A stretch of DNA of 64,000 nt from Entomortierella parvispora E1425 (Eukaryota > Fungi > Mortierellomycota), in NCBI GenBank assembly GCA_020891255.1, contig BQFW01000001.1:2666001-2730000 (forward strand). The letters run 5' to 3'. Made by a program: the position numbers and the translations under genes. This document shows, in pieces, positions 57,841-64,000 of this stretch. The notes beneath the pieces were generated by a model. The model saw nothing but the letters and a program-made list of their open reading frames with translations. It searched no databases and had not been told where the DNA came from. Within the stretch, counting starts at the first letter, position 1; the number at the start of each line of letters is the position of its first letter.

Positions 57841-58976
57841 TTAGGAGTTTTGATGGTCAGATGCAATGGTCAGCGAAACTGCTGGCTCGGGTGGTAAAAG
57901 TCCTGTTAGGACAGCACGGTCAAACATGTCCCAAAGCTGCTGCCATGATTCGTTGTCCTTGCTTGTTTCCATCGTTGCCGGATCGATCTGGTCTTGAATG
58001 GATCGATAATACTCCAAACAACAAATCACAAGAGAAGACGAGCATTGGAGGCGCAACACGTTGTGGAGAATGGGGGCAATGGATGTTGGAGTAAAGGTTG
58101 CATGTCGCCACTGCTTCAGGTCTCCATCGTACATGACCTTTAGCAGAGCCGGAAAATGCTCTGGCGCCGGCAACTTCAGCTGGATTGTTGGTTTGGATTC
58201 TGGCGCCGTGGAGGCAACTGACTCGAGAAGATAAATAACCCATGGCGGCATGTCTGGTCCTAATGAAGGAAGTAGGAGGGGTTCGACATTGGTGGTGTCT
58301 GAAGAGGACGAATCTTGGCTCTGCGGCAGGATTTGTAGGCATGACAGCCTCTCTTCCTGGTGCAACCGATATGCTTTTGCCTCGTCGTTTTCATCCTGAT
58401 CTCTTTGACCATCGCCATCCGCGGTTTCCCGGCTGCTGTTCAAAAGAAAATCACGAAAGATGGCGGAAGCAGGGATGAGAAAATGGTGCATGACATTGAG
58501 CACTTGAGGAGGTGTATTCGAGACCATCTTCTCCCTTGCACCCGTAGCAGCTTCCTCCATGTGATTTGTAGTACTGTCATGGACAACAATAAGTCTGTGG
58601 GTGGAGTATTGTGGATACTCAAGCCAGTTAATCTTTGGTTGCCGGAGCAAGTCTACAAGATAAAGCCATTCAGGTAAGTCATCATCGTCGTCCCCCCCTC
58701 CTCCTCCTCCTCCTCCTCCTCCTCCTCCTCCTCCTCCTCCTCCTCCTCCTCCTCCTCCTCCTCCTCCTCCTCCTCCTCCTCCTCTACTTCTTCACCCTCG
58801 CTTTCTCCATCTCCTTCTTCGTATCCCTGCTCGTCTTCATCGTCATTCTCCTGAGTCTGGTCCTGATCGTCATGGACACTCTCATTCTCGGTATCATAGT
58901 GTCCAGGAGCCATGCCGTCGTCACTGTCGGAAGCAAAGTCAATATTGTGGAAGCCAGGAAGTGAGTCGGAGTGCAT
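57841..58976 (-). CDS. Hypothetical protein with an acidic N-terminus and a BTB-like segment; one frameshift in a C7 homopolymer
   Basis: The poly-Glu ORF joins DDDDDLPEWLYLVDLLRQPK... if one base is added at 58692-58698. IQLKLPAPEHFPALLKVMYDG is BTB-like. Confidence 0.65.
58699..58785. repeat. (CCT/GAG)n microsatellite encoding poly-Glu
   Basis: About 29 consecutive CCT units. Confidence 0.95.
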
Positions 58977-59278
58977 GGATCCAAGTCGGATGATAAAGCC
59001 TCGAGCTGGGAGAGGGATGAGGTTGAAGAAAGAAAGAAAGAAAAGAAAAAAGAAAAAAAAACACATTCTGTAGGCAGCTTTTTTCTTTCTGAAGCGCCTG
59101 CCAAAGGAAATCCTGACCTCTGATTGGCTGAAAACGCGTTCTCAATTGGGGCCTGGGAAACTGCCCCAGACAGTGACACAGGTGCAACTCAAGTGGAAGA
59201 AACAAAAGAGAATGCTCTCTGGGTCATGATGGACGGTGTTTATTGAGGGACAAACAGTGGACTGTGCCCTTTTCAGCT

Positions 59279-61609
59279 TCAGATGGCAATCTCCTCCATC
59301 TCGTCCTCGCTACCATAGAGACTATCACTTCTGTGGCCATCAAACTCGCTGCTAGGGTATCCATAGTAGTCGTCCCGTCGTCGTCGGCTCTGGCCGTGCC
59401 CGCTGAAGTCAAGGGTGCCAATAGAGGATGTGGAACTGTTGCTATTGCTGCTGCTGCTGCTGCCACTGTAGATGCCGTGCTTGCTGCTACCATTATTGTT
59501 ATTGCCACTACGTTCGTTTCCCTGGCTCAGGTGTTTACTGTTTCGTTTGACATGCTTGATTTGTTTCCGGAGGTCATCATTCTCCGTTACCACCTCGTGC
59601 ATCATTTCGTTATACATGGTCGACTCCATCTACACAAGAGAGAAAAGAAATACTAGGGTAAGTCTCGCATGTTCTTTCTTTTTTTTTTCTTCCTCCCCTA
59701 TATCATCAGACTGCTGAAAGACATCTGTACCTTGGCAGCCTGAGCTTCCTGCTCCAGTTTCAAACACTGCGCTTGCATTCTCATTTTGAACTCGGTAAAG
59801 TCCTTTTGACGATCCTGTCGCTCCAATTCCAGGACCCGCATCAGCTCTTGGACTTGACCTTCAAAAGATTGAGCTTTGAGTTCCAAAATGTGGAAATCTT
59901 GAGACCGACGCTTGTGTGTAGCTACCGTCATGGGCCCAAAGTCGATTGTAGTCGAGTCAGGGTAATTGCGGTTGCTGTTGGATTGGCACTCATTTGGTGA
60001 TGTAAAGGACGACGGCGAAGAGGAGGAGGAGGAGGAGGAGGAGGAGGAGGAGGAGGAGGAGGGGGATTCATTGTTGTTGGTGGCGGATGGGAGAAAACAT
60101 GAAGCACCAACGTATCCATCTTCATATTCTAAGCTCACGAGTCGACTGCGGAGACGGGCAACTTCCTCTTGAGACGTGTTCAGGTCCTCCACGAGCTCTT
60201 CGATCCTGTCCTGTTTGACAAGTCGTTCGTGTAGATAGTCTTCCTGTTGCGCCATTTGGTCATTGTGAACTTTGGTGCGCCAGAGCAAAAAGTTTTCTTC
60301 CATCGTCACGACCTGGTCCTTGACACGATCAACTTCCTCTAAAGAACATAAAAAAAAAAGGTCGCACAGTTAGATCCTTAGCCTTCGTCCATTGTTCTCT
60401 TCTCGTCCATTTTTTTTTTTTTTTTTTACCGATCAGTTTCTTCTTGGATTCTTCAGCCAGGGCTTTGGTCTGGTCCAATTCCTTCTGCAGTACGGAGATC
60501 TGTTTCTTCGAGTAATCCAACGCTACATCCTTGTTCAGCACAGTAAAGTAGAGTCGATCTGCATAGATGGCCAGTTCAGAGACGGATTTCTCACTCTTCA
60601 TAAACTTGACATGTTGGTTCAATTGCTCCTGATCCAGTCCCTGAGCGGCCATGGGGGATCGTTTGCTGTACTGTCCTGGAACTGGTGGTACTGCAGGTTG
60701 CTGTTGACCTGTTTCTTTGGGACCACCAGAGCCAGATTCAAGTTCAGAGAACGTTGTTGAAGAGACAGAGGGTCGACGTTTCCCAACAGTCGCTCCCACG
60801 ACCGCTGCGGCAACCTTTGTGAGTGAGCTCGCGATGGAGTTGTGATGAGGCTGATGTTGTGATTGCTGATGTTGTGATTGCTGTTGTTGGTGGTGTTGTT
60901 GTTGCTGCTGTGGTGGTGGTGGATGAGGTTGTTGTTGCTGGGACTGAGAGGGAGAGTTAGACATTGGAGTAGAAGGTTGTGGAAATTTGACCCAATCTGG
61001 CGTTGGTGTTTTGGGCGATGGATCCTGAAGGTATCCTTTTGAGACCCCATTGACTTTTAGATCTTTCGTCATGACAGAAATAGATGGTGTAGATGAGGAT
61101 GAAGGAAATATAGGCATGGTGGCGGCATGGCGCTCATGTTGTTGTGCTCGCAGCACCGGATTGTTATGATAGCTACTGAACTGTGAGACATCCAGGGATT
61201 GTTTGCGAATCGGGGGAGGAATGGGGGCGGGGGCGGGGCCTAGCCGGCTTTTGGAGATCATTGGTGGGGTTCCCTTTAAGGGCAAAGGTGGTGGCATTGG
61301 TACAGATGTGGTCGCCGAAGCTGCTGAGGCAGCAGCAGAGGCAGCGGCAGCTTGATGATGGGCAGCCGAGGCCTTGGGTATGGAGGCTTTCCTGCCTCGA
61401 AAAAACTCAAAGAGGGAGGATGAATGCTGATGAGAGGGAACTATGGCATTTGAAGTGAAGAAGGGTGTTGGCGTTGTGGGCGCGGTATCCTCGCGCTCCC
61501 ATCCTGTCTTGCCTGGTGATGATGGTATGGTGATTGTAGTTGACAAAGGGAATGTAGTTGTTGAAGCAATATCTCTTGCTGCTGCTGCTGGAGGGGGAGG
61601 AGTATGCAT
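59279..61609 (-). CDS. Hypothetical low-complexity/coiled-coil protein, 3 exons
   Basis: Pro/Gln/Ser-rich ORF 60329-61714, then heptad-rich exons (VHNDQMAQQEDYL..., EVVTENDDLRKQI) joined at GT-AG sites. Confidence 0.7.
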
Positions 61610-62458
61610 GGCAGAGGTGTAGCTATCGTTGTTGGTATCTTGTCGTAATAGGTGTATCGTTCGGTGGTTTTCTGTCAATGTAAAGAGAAGCAATGGAGTG
61701 GGGAAAGAAGACACGCGTTGTCGTGTTTGTTTGTTGTGGGGTTCAAGAGAGCAAAAGTGGGCAAAGAGATGAAAGAGGCAAAGAGGTCAAGTATCAAAAG
61801 TAGTGAGACCTGTGTCTTGTTTGAAAGTTGGATCTTGACAAGAAAAACCGTCGATCGTCATCCATCACCAGCCATCCCAACAGGCACCCATCTTTGTCCA
61901 TGGCCACGACGAAAACGACAACTACAAAAAAAAAACGAAGGCGCGTTTGGATCGCGAGGCTTTCGTTTTCCCGTTCCGTTCTACTCCTCTCGTTCGGTCC
62001 ATGACGAGAAGCAGGGAAAGAAGGGAAAACATATGGGACAATACCAGAGTTCCAAACCGTACAGGACGACCTAGCTTTGGATGCTGCCACCCTCGCCGAG
62101 TCAACGGCGCAAAGATGAATGTTATCCTCAAACGAGAACATGGTCAAAGTCGGTTCTAGTATCTGTCGAAATGGCGGGATGGTGTAGACTAGAACGTCAC
62201 CTCCCAACGCAGGCACCGGCATCATGTCCCGAGCTGACTCCTGCCTCCTTTTTTTCTATTTCAGCAAAGGCTGTATATCGTCCGGATGACAAAGGCGACC
62301 ATCGATGGTTGTCTGCCCCGGCGGACCTTTGGCTTGGTGGCAATAAGACCCACGTTTTGCCACCAAAAATAGGGATCAATAGAGCGGTCACAAAGTCCCA
62401 TAATTTGAAGTTCCGTATCGTATTGTGAGGGTTCTCTCTTTCCTTTGATTTTAACAAA

Positions 62459-63850
62459 ATGGTACATGCCGTTTGAGGGGGCGCATCCATATCACAGCAG
62501 GCATCCATCCGTCGGCTATGGACACCATCGGTCAATCTATCGGGACAGCAACACTGCATATCGACATACCACACACCCACCATCGCCATTTTGTTCACAG
62601 GAGGAACTTTTTTTTTTCTTTCAGTGCATCAGGAATCCAACATGAAATCGAGATCATGTCTGTGAATGAAATCTGATCAGAGAGCTGTCTAACAGCACTC
62701 CATGACTGAATGGAACAAGAGTTCTCTGCTGGAATCAGTCAGGATCAGGGGACGACTTGACTTCAACATCTCTTCGAGACTGAGAAGCGATCAGAGGACT
62801 TGGTCTTACAAAACCATGTGGAATCCAACATCTCATCCAGCAATCTTGCATGGGAAGCAACCTACAACTCTCACCTCAATGCCCGGCCAATCGGCCTCAC
62901 GCATCTCCCAATGAGAGGACAAGACAACATATGGCCCAGGAAAAAGACGATCCTAGAGATCTTCAGGAAACCCGATCAAAAAGATCCATCGACTTACATG
63001 AATCGCAATCCTTTAATTGCTTGAACCACCTCTCTAGACTAAGGGTACCTCTTCGTTTGGTAAACGCCACACCAAGTCTCACACCTTGTGCCGTCGGTAA
63101 GTTACTGGCAACCGTATCATGGAGTCTCTTCGTGCTTGCAGTTCAGAGGATCCAGAGGCTGACTATTTTCTTCTTTCTTTCTCGTGGCACCTAGTTGCGG
63201 ACGTCGTTCGTTCCACAACCAGAAGAAGACCTGCGCTCAGTGCGGCTACCCCGCTGCTAAGCTCCGCTCTTGTAAGATCCATACTCTTTTATACCATTCA
63301 CTTCAATCAGGATTCACTGGGACTCGACTGGAACAGCAGTATCCATACAACTGTTTGGCGATACCTTACTTGTTTGGAGGACACTGATCGTATCGCTGGA
63401 CAGGAGGTTGGCCCTTCTAGTATAATCAAGGAGAACAGACAGAACGCCCATCATACTGAATAACCTGAGTCATCAGTAGGCTTCAAAGTGAAGCACAAAG
63501 CCAACACACTTCTCTTTGACTTGGGTTGAAAAGGACGACAATCCAACACTCGTCATAACTGTCCATGAGCAGGGTGGATTCACACGCCAGGAATTGTCAC
63601 CATCTCAGTCCTCGACATCTTGGAAGCCGTCGCTCTCCATTTTATTTATTATTTGGAATCATCTCACTGACAACGTTTTCGATTCTTTCATCCTTTTCTT
63701 CTAACAGACAACTGGAGCGAGAAGGGCATCCGCAGAAAGACCACCGGTACCGGCCGCATGCGCCACTTGTCCGATGTCAACCGTCGCTTCAAGAACGGAT
63801 TCCGTGAGGGCACCCAGGCCAAGAAGCAGACCAAGGCCGTTGTTGCTTAA
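62459..63850 (+). CDS. RPL37: 60S ribosomal protein L37 (eL37), 4 exons
   Basis: ATG|GT at 62459-62461, then [66 protein letters not shown]. Exons 63038-63096, 63195-63271 and 63708-63850. Confidence 0.95.
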
Positions 63851-64000
63851 ATTTCTGATCCCTAGAATTTTAATCATATAAAACGCCAACCTTGTGAACA
63901 GCGGAAAAGAACTCACCCCCCTATCTCGAAAGAAAAATTGACGTCGAGAGTTGAAAAAAAAATAAACGAAATGCTTTCGGGCATCTCGCCACCCATTTTT

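Noticed and set aside
59279-61609. Assignment of the coiled-coil gene to the Uds1 (up-regulated during septation) family
   Set aside because: The expected family motif was not recognisable; left as hypothetical.
63530-63550. ACAATCCAAC in RPL37 intron 3, complementary to a large-subunit rRNA segment
   Set aside because: Only 10 nt and not followed by a D box at the required distance, so not called as a snoRNA.

Overview
Eukaryotic (fungal) genomic DNA with short GT-AG introns and many long poly-A/T runs. Gene content and style suggest an early-diverging fungus such as Mortierellaceae; this is an inference, not a database match. The window splits into two parts. The accessory half (about 1-33 kb) contains a minus-strand tandem array of F-box/LRR-like genes (3 intact, at least 5 broken or remnant copies, plus a captured fragment of a COPI-associated gene). 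It also has four co-oriented small single-pass membrane proteins with PPxY/LPxY motifs, a GH47 mannosidase and a Stealth-family pseudogene missed by the ORF track. These are followed by a tandem pair of Mx-like dynamins that differ sharply in the loop-L4-equivalent segment, two secreted precursors of aromatic-rich peptides, and a stand-alone degenerate UAP56/Sub2-like helicase C-terminal domain. The housekeeping half (about 33.8-64 kb) contains a peroxisomal enoyl-CoA isomerase, GH16 Crh-like, amidohydrolase, PAM17, GH20 hexosaminidase, class-2 lipase, SOD1, GNAT, U1-C, CDC40/PRP17, two hypothetical proteins and RPL37. The best candidate for an undescribed system is a fungal innate-immunity-like island: Mx pair, dead UAP56-like domain and two families of ubiquitin-ligase adaptors. 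Its function is hypothesis only. Exon boundaries and alignments were worked out by hand; no searches were run.
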